DNA of 64,000 nt from Nitrososphaeraceae archaeon (GCA_035297365.1 DATGZA010000014.1:32001-96000), one strand, 5' to 3'; counted from the stretch's first letter, positions 48,847 through 59,598 are shown. Program-made: numbers and translations. The notes: generated by a model from the letters alone, not told the origin.

Positions 48847-50052
48847 TTGAACGAGGGAATGACCGATAAGCAAATTATTTATTTGGATAATGCAGCTTCT
48901 ACACCTGTTATCGAAGAAGTAATTGACGAAATGATTCCATACCTGGGTAATTTATTTGGAAATCCTTCTTCAGTTCATCAATTTGGTAGGAAATCAAAAC
49001 TGGCTATCCAAAGGTCTAGAAAAAAAGTTGCCGATTTAATAGGAGCAAAACCCAATGAGATTTTTTTTACATCTGGAGGAACGGAATCTGACAATCTTGC
49101 GCTTAAGGGTTTGAGCAAATTTTACAGAGATAAAGATAAAGATAAAAATCATATCATCACCAGCGTCATGGAACACGATGCAATTTTAGAAACATGCAGA
49201 GAGCTAGAAAATGATGGTTTTGATGTTACGTATTTAGAAGTTGGTAGAGAGGGTATAGTCAATCCCAAAACTATTAAAAAATTCCTGAGTAAAAGAACAA
49301 TTTTAGTGAGCATAATGTTGGTAAATAATGAAGTTGGAACTATCCAACCAGTTGGAAAATTAGCTGAAATAACTCATGAATATAACAAAAACATTATTTT
49401 TCATACTGACGCGGTTCAGGGTGTAGGTAAAATTCCAATAGATATTAACAATCTAAATGTTGATTCTTTGTCAATATCTTCACACAAGATAAATGGACCT
49501 AAAGGAGTAGGTGCACTTTATGTCAGAAATGAAATAGGGTTTAAACCTTTGATACACGGAGGTGGACAAGAATATGGATTACGATCTGGAACCGAAAATG
49601 TACATGGAATAATAGGGTTTGGAAAAGCCTGTGAAATTAGTTTAAAAAATTTAAAGAAAAATTGTGATTTTCTAACAAATTTGAGAAACTATCTGATTGA
49701 GAAGACCCTCAGTGAGGTGTCAGGTTCCCGTTTAAATGGATCCGTTGACAAGAGAATCCCAACCAATACGAATTTTACATTTTTTGGGATAAACGGAGAA
49801 GATCTAATAATAAAGTTAGATGAATATGGAATTTTAGCTTCAACTGGTTCTGCGTGTTCTATAAATAAAAAGAAAGCATCTCATGTTCTGAAAGCAATGG
49901 GGCTAGATCATGAGGAGATTTCAGGTTCTGTAAGATTTTCAATTGGAATACAGAATACGAAAGAAGAATTAGATAAAACGATCGACATTTTAGTAAAAAG
50001 AATAGAAGAATTGAGGGAGATATCTCCGTTTAAATTAAAATATTCTTTATAG
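48847..50052 (+). CDS. iscS: cysteine desulfurase (IscS/NifS type)
   Basis: YLDNAAST, FTSGGTES, HTDAVQ, SSHKINGPKG, RSGTEN, STGSACS. Confidence 0.95.
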   Translation: MNEGMTDKQIIYLDNAASTPVIEEVIDEMIPYLGNLFGNPSSVHQFGRKSKLAIQRSRKKVADLIGAKPNEIFFTSGGTESDNLALKGLSKFYRDKDKDKNHIITSVMEHDAILETCRELENDGFDVTYLEVGREGIVNPKTIKKFLSKRTILVSIMLVNNEVGTIQPVGKLAEITHEYNKNIIFHTDAVQGVGKIPIDINNLNVDSLSISSHKINGPKGVGALYVRNEIGFKPLIHGGGQEYGLRSGTENVHGIIGFGKACEISLKNLKKNCDFLTNLRNYLIEKTLSEVSGSRLNGSVDKRIPTNTNFTFFGINGEDLIIKLDEYGILASTGSACSINKKKASHVLKAMGLDHEEISGSVRFSIGIQNTKEELDKTIDILVKRIEELREISPFKLKYSL

Positions 50053-50093
50053 AAAAAATTTATTATTGGGATTGTTAAAATATTTATAACAAT

Positions 50094-50567
50094 ATGGAAC
50101 ATCAGATAAGTTTGAAATTAGGGGATATCGCTCCAGATTTTGAGATACCAGATATAAATTTGAAAAATATGAGATTGAGTGATATTAAAGACAAGAAAGT
50201 AATACTTGCATTCTTTCCAGCCGCTGAATCCCCAGTGTGTACTGCAGAGATGTGTAATTTCAGAGACTCTCTGAGTGAATTCAATAATAAAAATGTTCAA
50301 GTAATTGGAATCTCTGTAGATGGACCATTTGCAAATAAATCCTTTACTGAAAATCGTCATTTGAATTTTCCTGTATTAAGTGACTATAAAAGAGAAGTAA
50401 TAAAGAATTATGGCATAGTTATGAAGGATTTGGCTGTATTAAAAGACTACAATGCTGCAAAAAGGGCAATCTTTATTTTAGATAAAGATAAAAAAATATC
50501 ATATAAATGGATTTCTGATAATCCTTTGATAGAACCAAACTATGATGAGATAATGCAAAATTTATAA
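50094..50567 (+). CDS. peroxiredoxin (AhpC/TSA, BCP/PrxQ-like)
   Basis: APDF, FFPAAESPVCTAEMC (PxxxSxxC with a second Cys), GISVD, RAIF. Confidence 0.92.
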   Translation: MEHQISLKLGDIAPDFEIPDINLKNMRLSDIKDKKVILAFFPAAESPVCTAEMCNFRDSLSEFNNKNVQVIGISVDGPFANKSFTENRHLNFPVLSDYKREVIKNYGIVMKDLAVLKDYNAAKRAIFILDKDKKISYKWISDNPLIEPNYDEIMQNL

Positions 50568-50992
50568 AAATTTTTATATTATTTTTGCTGATTCTTTGAG
50601 GTTCTGAGAAATTTTTAATAGTCGAACATAAAATCGATAACTATTTTGTTTAGATAATATCAAGGTTTTTAAAATTTCATTGAAATTACAAAAATTTTGT
50701 ATTATGCTGAGTTTTGAATGTTGTTGTAAATATATAGTATAAGAAAACCAAATAAGTTAAAAATGCACTAGATTTTTGGACACATGTTATATACTTGTTA
50801 ACGAACTTTTAATATTGAAAAGTTATAATTTTCCACTACATGAATTTTTTCTTTTATAATTGTATTTGATCAAATGCAAATACTATGTAATTTCTTTCTG
50901 CAAATATTCTATTTTTATTGATTGTTTTGAATTAGTCATAGTTGTAAATAGAGGTTTTAAAAATAATATGATGATAATATCATATTTGTCTA

Positions 50993-51508
50993 TTATTCTA
51001 TTATTGCAACAACTTCATACCTTGATACTGTTGATCCTTCACTAACTTTGATTTCCTTTAAAACACCGTCTTTATGGGCTTTTATAGCAACTTGCATTTT
51101 CATTGATTCTAGAATCACTATTGGATCTCCCTCCTTTATTGGTTCTCCCTTAGTACCGGAAATTTTGACCACACGACCAGGAATCTGACTTTTAACAATA
51201 TTTGCTTGACTTATGGAACCTTTTGATTTAAGAGATTTTTCAATGATTTCTGTTAATAATTTTGAATGTTTCTTGATTTCTATGTTGACCCCATCCACAT
51301 AAACCTTATATTTTGGTCCATCAGAATGTAAAATTTTTACATCATGAAAGGTATTGCCTAAAATAAATTCAAAACCAGATGTACTTGATTTCAAGAGTTT
51401 TAGTTCATAATCTTTATCATTTATTCTAAATACCATCTCTCCAGAACCTTTATTACGTATTACTTCTGCCTTAATAAGATCAGACTCACCCTCAAGTTGG
51501 AATTCCAC
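50993..51508 (-). CDS. accB: biotin carboxyl carrier subunit of acetyl-CoA/propionyl-CoA carboxylase
   Basis: ESMKM biotinylation motif. Confidence 0.93.
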   Translation of the reverse strand: MEFQLEGESDLIKAEVIRNKGSGEMVFRINDKDYELKLLKSSTSGFEFILGNTFHDVKILHSDGPKYKVYVDGVNIEIKKHSKLLTEIIEKSLKSKGSISQANIVKSQIPGRVVKISGTKGEPIKEGDPIVILESMKMQVAIKAHKDGVLKEIKVSEGSTVSRYEVVAIIE

Positions 51509-53007
51509 TAGACATTACCTCTACTAGAATTATGTATGATTTTGTCTTGATTTTGATCTGAATAATACTTTTTAACGTATTCTGATTGTAGTAATAAAGC
51601 TGACACAGCTGCGTGCGATTTACTTTCGTATTCTCGACTCCTTCTCTGTAGCATTTTTTGCATTATGTCATATTTTTCAATATAATTTGTAGACATATTT
51701 CCATTAATGAAATTTTGTTCTTCAATAATTGTCTTATGTATTGGAATAGTGGTATTAATTCCTTCAATATTAAATTCTGATAATGCATTTCTCATACAAA
51801 GTCGGGCTTCTTCAAAATCACTTCCGTATGTTATCAATTTCGCTACTAGCGAATCATAATATCCAGACACGTTACATCCTGGGTATAGATAAGTATCAAC
51901 TCGTACTCCTGGACCATTTGGAATATTACAAGTTGGTACATATCCTACGGAGGGGCTAAAATCATCAAATGGGTCTTCTGAATTTATACGGCATTCAATG
52001 GCACATCCTCTTAGTTCAAGATCTTCCTGCTTGAATTCTATATCTTCTCCTTCAGCAACTCGAATTTGTAATTTGACAAGATCTTTGCCTGTTACTAGTT
52101 CCGTTACAGGATGTTCTACCTGCAACCTAGCATTAATTTCAATAAAATAGAAATTTCCTGATGAATCGGATAAGAATTCTGCTGTCCCTGCATTTAAATA
52201 ATCCAATGCGGATGCTGCACGTACTGCAATCTCTCCAACTTTAGCACGGGTGTGTTTATCGACAACAGGAGATGGAGACATTTCTATTAATTTTTGGTGA
52301 CGGCGTTGTATAGAACACTCTCTTTCAAACAAATGTCGACCGTTTCCACTAGAATCTCTTATTAGCTGATATTCGATGTGTCGAATGTTTTCAAGGTATT
52401 TCTCAACAAACAAAGCAGATTTCCCAAAAGCAGATTTAGATTCATTTGATGCCAATTCAAATTCTTGTCTTAACTCTTTTTCATTTGTAACTAATCGAAT
52501 ACCTCTCCCTCCGCCTCCAAAAGCAGATTTTAACATTACAGGATAACCAGCATCTTTTGCAATTTCCGCAGCTTTATCAACATCCTCTACTACTCCTTCA
52601 CTTCCAGGGATCGTAGGTACTTCAGCTTTCTTCATTAGTTCTTTACATTTCATTTTATCCCCAGCCAATTGCATCGCTTTTGCAGTAGGTCCAATGAAAA
52701 TGATTCCATGCTTTTTACATTCTTCTGAAAAACCATCGTTTTCAGAAAGAAAGCCGTATCCAGGGTGAATAGCGTCAGCACCAGCAGCATTTGCAATTTC
52801 TATTATTTTATCAATACGAAGATAACTTTCTGAAGCGGGGGCTGGACCCAAGCGATATGATTCATCTGCCCTCTTAACATGAATTGAACGATTATCTTCA
52901 TCAGAATAAACAGAAATCGATTTTATTCCCAATTGTTTACACGCTCTAATCACTCTTAGAGCAATCTCTCCCCTGTTTGCGATTAGTATAGAAGATATCT
53001 TTGACAT
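51508..53007 (-). CDS. accC: biotin carboxylase subunit
   Basis: IANRGEIA, HPGYGFLSEN, GGGGRG, ERECSIQRRHQK, RLQVEH; ATG at 53007 preferred. Confidence 0.96.
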   Translation of the reverse strand: MSKISSILIANRGEIALRVIRACKQLGIKSISVYSDEDNRSIHVKRADESYRLGPAPASESYLRIDKIIEIANAAGADAIHPGYGFLSENDGFSEECKKHGIIFIGPTAKAMQLAGDKMKCKELMKKAEVPTIPGSEGVVEDVDKAAEIAKDAGYPVMLKSAFGGGGRGIRLVTNEKELRQEFELASNESKSAFGKSALFVEKYLENIRHIEYQLIRDSSGNGRHLFERECSIQRRHQKLIEMSPSPVVDKHTRAKVGEIAVRAASALDYLNAGTAEFLSDSSGNFYFIEINARLQVEHPVTELVTGKDLVKLQIRVAEGEDIEFKQEDLELRGCAIECRINSEDPFDDFSPSVGYVPTCNIPNGPGVRVDTYLYPGCNVSGYYDSLVAKLITYGSDFEEARLCMRNALSEFNIEGINTTIPIHKTIIEEQNFINGNMSTNYIEKYDIMQKMLQRRSREYESKSHAAVSALLLQSEYVKKYYSDQNQDKIIHNSSRGNV

Positions 53008-53018
53008 AATCCAATCTC

Positions 53019-54560
53019 CTACAAATTTATGTTCCCATGTTTTTTCCATGGCCCGGTTTCTTTCTTACCGGAAAGGCATTCGAGTGCCTGTATAATCATT
53101 GCCCTTGTTTCCATTGGATCAATAACAAGATCTATTATACCTTTTTCAGCGGCTATATATGGATTGGCAAATTTTTTTCTATATTCATCGGCTAATTTCT
53201 TTTTTGTTATTTTGAGATCTTTTGAGCTCTTCAAATCTCTCCGGTGAATGATTGTTATTGCCGCTTCCGGTCCCAATACCGCTATCTCGGCTGTTGGCCA
53301 AGCATAATTGATGTCTGCCTTCAAATTTTTACTTCCCATGGCAATGTAGGCACCGCCATAAGCTTTACCTATAATACAAGTAATTTTTGGAATTGTTGCT
53401 TCACAATACGCATATAATAATTTGCTTCCATGTCGTATTATGCCATTATGTTCTTGATCAGCACCAGGCAAATATCCGGGAGTATCCACAAGAGTAACAA
53501 TTGGAATATTAAAAGAGTCGCAAAATCGAATAAATCTAGCAGATTTATTTGATGAATCAATGTCCATGGCCCCTGCTAGAATCATTGGTTGGTTTGCTAT
53601 TATACCTATAGATCTTCCACCCAACCTAGCAAAACCCACAACTATGTTACTGGCAAATGTTTCGTGTATTTCAAAGAAATCATGATTATCAACGATGTTA
53701 AGAATGATTTCCTTAATATCATAAGGATGATATGGATTCTCCGGGAGAATGTTAATAAGATTTGAATCAAGTCTATTAGGATCATCGTTTGATTCTAATG
53801 TTGGTGGATCCTGACGATTATTTTGGGGAAGATAAGTCAATAATTTTTTGATTTTTTCCATACAATCATATTCGTTACTTGCAACAAGATGGGCAACCCC
53901 AGATTTCGTAGAATGAGTTATTGCTCCTCCAAGTTCCTCGAATGAGACATCTTGACTCAATACCTCTTTTACCACCTCAGGACCGGTTACAAACATTTGG
54001 CCAACATTTTCCACCATAATTACAAAGTCTGTCATTGCTGGAGAATATACTGCACCACCAGCACATGGCCCTATACTTGCAGTTATTTGAGGAATAATAC
54101 CAGAAGCAGTAGTATTTCTATAAAATATATCACCATAGCCATCAAGGCTCATAACCCCCTCTTGAATTCTCGCACCACCAGAATCCAATATACCTATCAA
54201 GGGGGCACCTACCTTAATTGCCTTATCCATTATTTTTACAATCTTTTTGGATGCCATTTCGCCAAGTGATCCACCTAAAATCGTAAAGTCATATGCGTAC
54301 ACAAAGGTCTTTCTTCCATTAATTTTGCCAAATCCAGTAATTACTCCATCTCCATAGAATTTTTTTGTTTCCGATTCATCATTTCTATGAGTTACATATT
54401 TATCCAGTTCAACAAAACTTCCCTCGTCGAGCAGAAGATCTATTCTTTCCCTAGCTGTTAGCTTGCCTTTTGAATGTTGTACGTCAACCTTTTCTTGGCC
54501 TCCTCCAGCCTCTGCTAGTTTTTTCATTTCATACAACTTCTCAGATTTATCTTCGTGCAT
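53019..54560 (-). CDS. pccB: acetyl-CoA/propionyl-CoA carboxylase carboxyltransferase subunit
   Basis: GKLTARERI, DSGGARIQEG, GGAVYSPA, AYGGAY, KKHGNINL; ATG at 54560 preferred. Confidence 0.95.
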   Translation of the reverse strand: MHEDKSEKLYEMKKLAEAGGGQEKVDVQHSKGKLTARERIDLLLDEGSFVELDKYVTHRNDESETKKFYGDGVITGFGKINGRKTFVYAYDFTILGGSLGEMASKKIVKIMDKAIKVGAPLIGILDSGGARIQEGVMSLDGYGDIFYRNTTASGIIPQITASIGPCAGGAVYSPAMTDFVIMVENVGQMFVTGPEVVKEVLSQDVSFEELGGAITHSTKSGVAHLVASNEYDCMEKIKKLLTYLPQNNRQDPPTLESNDDPNRLDSNLINILPENPYHPYDIKEIILNIVDNHDFFEIHETFASNIVVGFARLGGRSIGIIANQPMILAGAMDIDSSNKSARFIRFCDSFNIPIVTLVDTPGYLPGADQEHNGIIRHGSKLLYAYCEATIPKITCIIGKAYGGAYIAMGSKNLKADINYAWPTAEIAVLGPEAAITIIHRRDLKSSKDLKITKKKLADEYRKKFANPYIAAEKGIIDLVIDPMETRAMIIQALECLSGKKETGPWKKHGNINL

Positions 54561-54690
54561 TAGTTTATCATTATGGCACAATCCATATATATATAATTAT
54601 AACAAGAATTTCAAAGTACAAATTTACATAATAAAAAATTAAATATAAAATGAGCTAAAATCTATAAAGTATTGTATTAGATTAAAAATA

Positions 54691-54903
54691 TTATTCACGA
54701 AGACTAGATCTTCCGCCCTTGGCACGTCTAAACACGTTCATTCCAAGATTGTAATTTTCAAACAACGATTCTAAAGCCTCGATTTCAGAGACTAATGATT
54801 GTATTTCATATTTGTTTTGGTCTTCATTTTTCTTTAGGGTATCGAGGCGAGCTCTTTTTTCTGAAAGCAATTTACCAACATTATGTTCATATTCACTTGA
54901 CAT
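54691..54903 (-). CDS. small coiled-coil hypothetical protein
   Basis: 70 aa, ATG start, amphipathic helix, co-oriented with neighbours. Confidence 0.7.
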   Translation of the reverse strand: MSSEYEHNVGKLLSEKRARLDTLKKNEDQNKYEIQSLVSEIEALESLFENYNLGMNVFRRAKGGRSSLRE

Positions 54904-54923
54904 TCACATACTATTGATAAACC

Positions 54924-55298
54924 TCACGATTTTAATTTTACGATCTTATTCATTTTTTCAAGAAGTAGATATTGATATCTACCATAGCAACCAGGATCAT
55001 CAACACAATCATTACAGATAAAAAATAATTTTGGGTCAGTCTTTTCTCCTATGTTCTGATTATCATTTATGAATAAAGAACTTAACGCTTTACAAAATAA
55101 ACATTCAGCTTGGGGAGATGACTTTTTTACTTCATGCTCTTCTATTGGACGATTATTCTGGGAGTAACAATTGAGATGTTTAATAGATTTCGAGATCTTT
55201 GACCAAAAAGCATAGTCGCCAGATTTAAGTAATTTCCCACATACAGAACACTTACCATTAAATTTTACTACCAATTTAATCCAGTCAGATTGACTCAA
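54924..55298 (-). CDS. hypothetical zinc-binding protein
   Basis: CSVC...HLNC and CLFC...CNDC pairs; overlaps the RFC stop. Confidence 0.72.
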   Translation of the reverse strand: MSQSDWIKLVVKFNGKCSVCGKLLKSGDYAFWSKISKSIKHLNCYSQNNRPIEEHEVKKSSPQAECLFCKALSSLFINDNQNIGEKTDPKLFFICNDCVDDPGCYGRYQYLLLEKMNKIVKLKS

Positions 55299-56532
55299 CT
55301 TTTTTCATCCTCTCTATTTCTTTTGAAAAAATTTCAAGATATTTAGAATCTAAAGAATAAGTAAAAATAAACTCGTTGATATCAATTTTATTATTGGACA
55401 TAATTTTCAATAAAAAGGGAAAATATAGGCTTCCAAATGTACTTGATGACACATGGAAATACTTGGAAAGAATAAGAATAATATTTCTTATCGATTGTCC
55501 TCTAGAAAAAATCGTTCCGATATGATACCAATTCAAAGCATATTGATTGTATGCAATGCCTTTGTTTTGGCATTCGTCAGAGAGTTGTTTTGTGATCAAG
55601 CTATTCATATATCTTAACAAATTCCATAACCTTTTTCCATGGATACGAGAAACAAAAATATCTATACTAGATAATCTATCCAGCAAAGTTGATAGATCTC
55701 CTATGTTCAATTTGGAGGTAACAAAACTTGTAAATAACGAGTTAATTATGTCTTTTCTCCGCTCTTCACTGGATAACCCATACCTAGGATCAGAAAAATT
55801 CCCATCGAGATTAGACAGTATCTTCATAAATTCATTCTTATTCTCAGAAGAGAACAACCCATTGATACCGACCGATATTTCGATTTGAAATCCAGTGTTT
55901 GATAATTGATTATCATAACCAGAACATCTAGATTGTAAAAGATTTATCATTGTTCTAACATCACCCTTACTGAGCTTCACAATCGCTAACTTCTCCCCTA
56001 AAGAAATACGCTGTTGATGATAACCTAGTATATAATTTAAAAACATCAACAACAAATAAGGAGAGATCAATTGAAATTTTATAATTTTACATAATTTAGA
56101 CAAATTTTTCATTTTTTGATTTGTAGAATTAGCGGCTAGTATTATAGGAAAGTGTGAGGATGATTTAATAACTTCTATAATAAAATCTAATCCTCCCGTG
56201 TCTTCTCTTCCAGAAATACCATCTACTTCATCTAAGAATAACAATATTTTTTTCCCAAGTAAACTATAATTATTAAGGAGAGGGTTTACCATTTTTTCTA
56301 ATTGGATTTTGTTCCTTGTATCGCTAGCATTAAGTTCAATTAGATCATAATTCAATAAAGTAGATAATATTTTTACTAGAGTAGTCTTCCCTACGCCAGG
56401 TGGACCTAAAAGTAATAATGGTTTTGTTCCAGGAAACCATTTTAAGAGCCATTTTAAAACAGATAACCTAACCTCCTCGTTTCCAATCATCTGCTCGAAT
56501 TTAGTAGGTCTGTGAATTTCTGTCCAATACAT
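55285..56532 (-). CDS. rfcL: replication factor C large subunit
   Basis: WTEIHRP, GPPGVGKT, ELNASD, LDEVD, GDVR. Confidence 0.92.
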   Translation of the reverse strand: MYWTEIHRPTKFEQMIGNEEVRLSVLKWLLKWFPGTKPLLLLGPPGVGKTTLVKILSTLLNYDLIELNASDTRNKIQLEKMVNPLLNNYSLLGKKILLFLDEVDGISGREDTGGLDFIIEVIKSSSHFPIILAANSTNQKMKNLSKLCKIIKFQLISPYLLLMFLNYILGYHQQRISLGEKLAIVKLSKGDVRTMINLLQSRCSGYDNQLSNTGFQIEISVGINGLFSSENKNEFMKILSNLDGNFSDPRYGLSSEERRKDIINSLFTSFVTSKLNIGDLSTLLDRLSSIDIFVSRIHGKRLWNLLRYMNSLITKQLSDECQNKGIAYNQYALNWYHIGTIFSRGQSIRNIILILSKYFHVSSSTFGSLYFPFLLKIMSNNKIDINEFIFTYSLDSKYLEIFSKEIERMKKVESI

Positions 56533-56542
56533 GGAATATCTA

Positions 56543-57679
56543 CTATGATAATTTTCTGGTTAATGGACTGATCGTCCTTTCAAAATATTTGAACAGATCC
56601 CTTTTAATTATATCATTATACCAAAACTGATTATAATGATTAACAGTAAGAAAGAGAAATTCTAAAAATGGTTTTAATTCAAATTCATTGGGAAGGAATT
56701 CCAATGCTAATTTGGCTTCATCAAGATATATTTCGCTTTTCTTTAAAGTTAGTTCAAAACCTTTCTTGACATTATTTGCAATCAGAGAATAATATAATGG
56801 CCATGAAGGGATCTTGATTGCACCCTCGTTAATAGAATCTTGCATTTCATTACCACATCCTACTGCTTCACTGGCCTTTGCCATCCCAATATGATATATT
56901 TCATTCAATGGTGTTTGATTTAATGCCATATTTCGGCCAGCTGTACCCATAATGGAGCGATATTTTTTATAACATCCAATCATATGTTCGTCTGTGATAG
57001 ATTCTGGCTTGATCTTTAATTTATGGTCTATAAATTGACCTATACGTGCATCTTTAAAACCATCTTCGAAAGCTTTGAGAACATGATCACCACCTTGAGT
57101 GATTTTTTCTCTAGCAATATCCAAAATATAAGGGTTCATAAGTCGATAATCATCAAGATATTCTATATCTTCATCTTTATCGAGAATTCTGTCCATAGGT
57201 TCACTAAGGTCGATGGCTATTATATGACCATCAATTACAGATGTCCTCAGTTCATTAGATAAATCCTCTTTAAAATAAGATACAGAACCATCAAATAAAG
57301 CATTTAAAACTGGAAATGTCATTTTCACAAAATTAGAATTTAAAAGTCTCTGTACACGATCTGCTAAAATTTCTGGCCTGGATAATCTTGTTTTCACATT
57401 CTCGATCATAGATGAATCTAATCCCATCTCTTGTGAACCGACTTCTTCCACAAATTGAGAGACAGTGTTGCTAGGAGTTGAATCTGAAATTATCTTTCGA
57501 TGTAAGGAGAGAAGAAAGCGTTTAGTAAAATCTTCAAATTCTATTTCATATTTTAATTTGTATTTGTTATATTGTTTGTATCCACGTTCCCTAAGTAATA
57601 CTTGTTTAAGAATATCCTTACCTGCCTTAGTGCTCATGAGGGCACTTTTTGAGAAAACAAAATCATCCTTGCTGCTCAT
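56543..57679 (-). CDS. hypothetical protein with a class I isoprenoid-synthase-like motif pattern
   Basis: Long clean ORF; DRILDKDED, GQFID, NEMQDSINE motifs; functional call is inference. Confidence 0.75.
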   Translation of the reverse strand: MSSKDDFVFSKSALMSTKAGKDILKQVLLRERGYKQYNKYKLKYEIEFEDFTKRFLLSLHRKIISDSTPSNTVSQFVEEVGSQEMGLDSSMIENVKTRLSRPEILADRVQRLLNSNFVKMTFPVLNALFDGSVSYFKEDLSNELRTSVIDGHIIAIDLSEPMDRILDKDEDIEYLDDYRLMNPYILDIAREKITQGGDHVLKAFEDGFKDARIGQFIDHKLKIKPESITDEHMIGCYKKYRSIMGTAGRNMALNQTPLNEIYHIGMAKASEAVGCGNEMQDSINEGAIKIPSWPLYYSLIANNVKKGFELTLKKSEIYLDEAKLALEFLPNEFELKPFLEFLFLTVNHYNQFWYNDIIKRDLFKYFERTISPLTRKLS

Positions 57680-57789
57680 GTATGGTTAGTTCAATAGTAA
57701 TTATCAGTATTTATTAACTTTCACATAATAATAAAAAAAATTAATTGTAATTATATTAGAAATTAACAAAAAATAATGATTTTAAATTT

Positions 57790-58398
57790 CTATCTAGAAG
57801 ACATAGCAATTCTTTCTTGTTCATTCTTTTTCTTTATTGCATGACTAGTCATATCGTTATTTGAGGCTAGGATAATTTCCTTCGCAAGTGCTTCCTCAAT
57901 CATTTGAGGATTTGAATAAGTTGATTCTCTAACTCCTTCTGCAATAAACCTCAGTGCTAAATCAAGTCTTCTGAGGGGAGATACATCTACTGAAACATGA
58001 TAAACTACACCACCGTATACAATTCTAGTTGTATCTTCATTAGGTGATGAATTTTCCACTGCGCGTACAAGCAATTCTACAGGATTTTTCCCAGTTTCGA
58101 GAAATATTATGTCGAAGGCAGTTTTTACTATATTAAGTGATTTTACTTTCTTTCCACCCATCCTTCCTGTATTTTTTGCATATTTTTTACCAAAATGCAT
58201 CAATTTATTAGCTAATCTTTCGATAACATGTACCTCAGCCTTCTTCAATCTTTGATGCTCGTGTCTACCAAAGGACACAGGAACAACCATGGATGGATTA
58301 AGAGAAATTACCCTTTTTAGACCAAGATCATTTACTTCTATATCAGACACATCCCATTTATTAAATAACATTATTTTTGAATATTCTTTTCCACTCAT
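57790..58398 (-). CDS. rps7: 30S ribosomal protein uS7
   Basis: LFNKW, ERLANKLM, SVDVSPLRR, ERIAMSSR. Confidence 0.97.
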   Translation of the reverse strand: MSGKEYSKIMLFNKWDVSDIEVNDLGLKRVISLNPSMVVPVSFGRHEHQRLKKAEVHVIERLANKLMHFGKKYAKNTGRMGGKKVKSLNIVKTAFDIIFLETGKNPVELLVRAVENSSPNEDTTRIVYGGVVYHVSVDVSPLRRLDLALRFIAEGVRESTYSNPQMIEEALAKEIILASNNDMTSHAIKKKNEQERIAMSSR

Positions 58399-58400
58399 CT

Positions 58401-58847
58401 TTATCGCCTTGGTTTTTCTTTCCTTCCATAAACTAACTCTTTTAATGACACACCGTTAACTTTGAAAACCTGCCACCTTACACCGGGAATATCACCCATT
58501 GCTCCCCCCATAGAGCCACCAATTCCCTCAACCTCGACTTCATCATGTTCATCAACAAAATTTAAAGCCCCATCCCGTGGAAGAAAAGCAGTTATTGATT
58601 TTCCATTTTTTATTAATTGTATACGCACACATTTTCTGACCGCAGAGTTAGGTTGTTTTGATTCAATCCCAACTTTTTCCAATACTATTCCTCTCGCTTG
58701 AGGTGCCCCTTCCATTGGATTAGTTTTTTTATCCAACATAAGTACCCTTCTTTTATAATATTTATTAGCCCATCTGGAGCGTTTCCTTTTTGATTTTAAA
58801 ACACGTCCAGCAAACAAGCCTAAAGGAGATTTTGCCATTTTATACAA
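58401..58847 (-). CDS. rps12: 30S ribosomal protein uS12
   Basis: [17 protein letters not shown]. Confidence 0.98.
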   Translation of the reverse strand: MYKMAKSPLGLFAGRVLKSKRKRSRWANKYYKRRVLMLDKKTNPMEGAPQARGIVLEKVGIESKQPNSAVRKCVRIQLIKNGKSITAFLPRDGALNFVDEHDEVEVEGIGGSMGGAMGDIPGVRWQVFKVNGVSLKELVYGRKEKPRR

Positions 58848-59322
58848 TCACACCGGTATTATTATTATTTGTTGTTTGTTCTGGGCTTAATATTAGAACA
58901 TTAGAAATTTGAAAGTAACGCCTTGCAAGCAACCTAGCTTTTTCCGCATTTCTACCTTCTTTTCCAACTACTACACCTTTTTTTTTGGAATCAACAACAA
59001 CAATAGCTTGTTTAGTACCGTCTATCCTCTTATTAATCTTTATTTCATTTATCATGTCAGAATTAAGTATATTCTTTAAAAATTCATCAACATTATCAGA
59101 ATATTCTACTAGTTCAATTCTTTTTGGAACCACATTTTGGAGCTGTTTGATAGTAGAGCCGCCCTTGCCTATAGCTAAACCCATTTGTCCTTTATTTACT
59201 ACAAAAATAACACGATCCATTTTTTCATCCAATATGCAATCTCTAGCTGTTGCACTTGTGATGCTTTGAAAAAGAGAAATAAGACGGAGTTCATCTGAGG
59301 TTAATTTTATTTTTTCAGTCAA
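58840..59322 (-). CDS. nusA: archaeal NusA (KH-domain) transcription factor
   Basis: GLAIGKGG and [10 protein letters not shown] motifs; position before rps12. Confidence 0.95.
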   Translation of the reverse strand: MTEKIKLTSDELRLISLFQSITSATARDCILDEKMDRVIFVVNKGQMGLAIGKGGSTIKQLQNVVPKRIELVEYSDNVDEFLKNILNSDMINEIKINKRIDGTKQAIVVVDSKKKGVVVGKEGRNAEKARLLARRYFQISNVLILSPEQTTNNNNTGVIV

Positions 59323-59574
59323 TCTTATACATACCTCTATTTGTAATTTTTCCTAATAGATTATTCGTCAAATGATTAACATGCTGTGTAATAAAGTATA
59401 ATTTAAATTTTAATGAAATAATCTTCATTTGGATAAATTTTTATGATTTCAAGAATTAGGTGATACACTTTCTTATTAATTACTGTAGTTTCAGAAATGA
59501 GAGGTGAAGTTTAAAAACTGTTAAAAATCTTCTTATGGAATTTTACCACATATAGAATTGTAGCAGACAAGACC

Positions 59575-59598
59575 AAATAAAATAAAAAAATAAAAAAA
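59575..59598 (-). terminator. T-rich terminator-like tract after rpl30e
   Basis: aaataaaataaaaaaataaaaaa on + directly after the stop codon. Confidence 0.4.

Noticed and set aside
50765-50780. GCACTAGATTTTTGGA, similar to the nrdJ upstream palindrome
   Set aside because: One base too long in the core, not palindromic, and located between convergent genes
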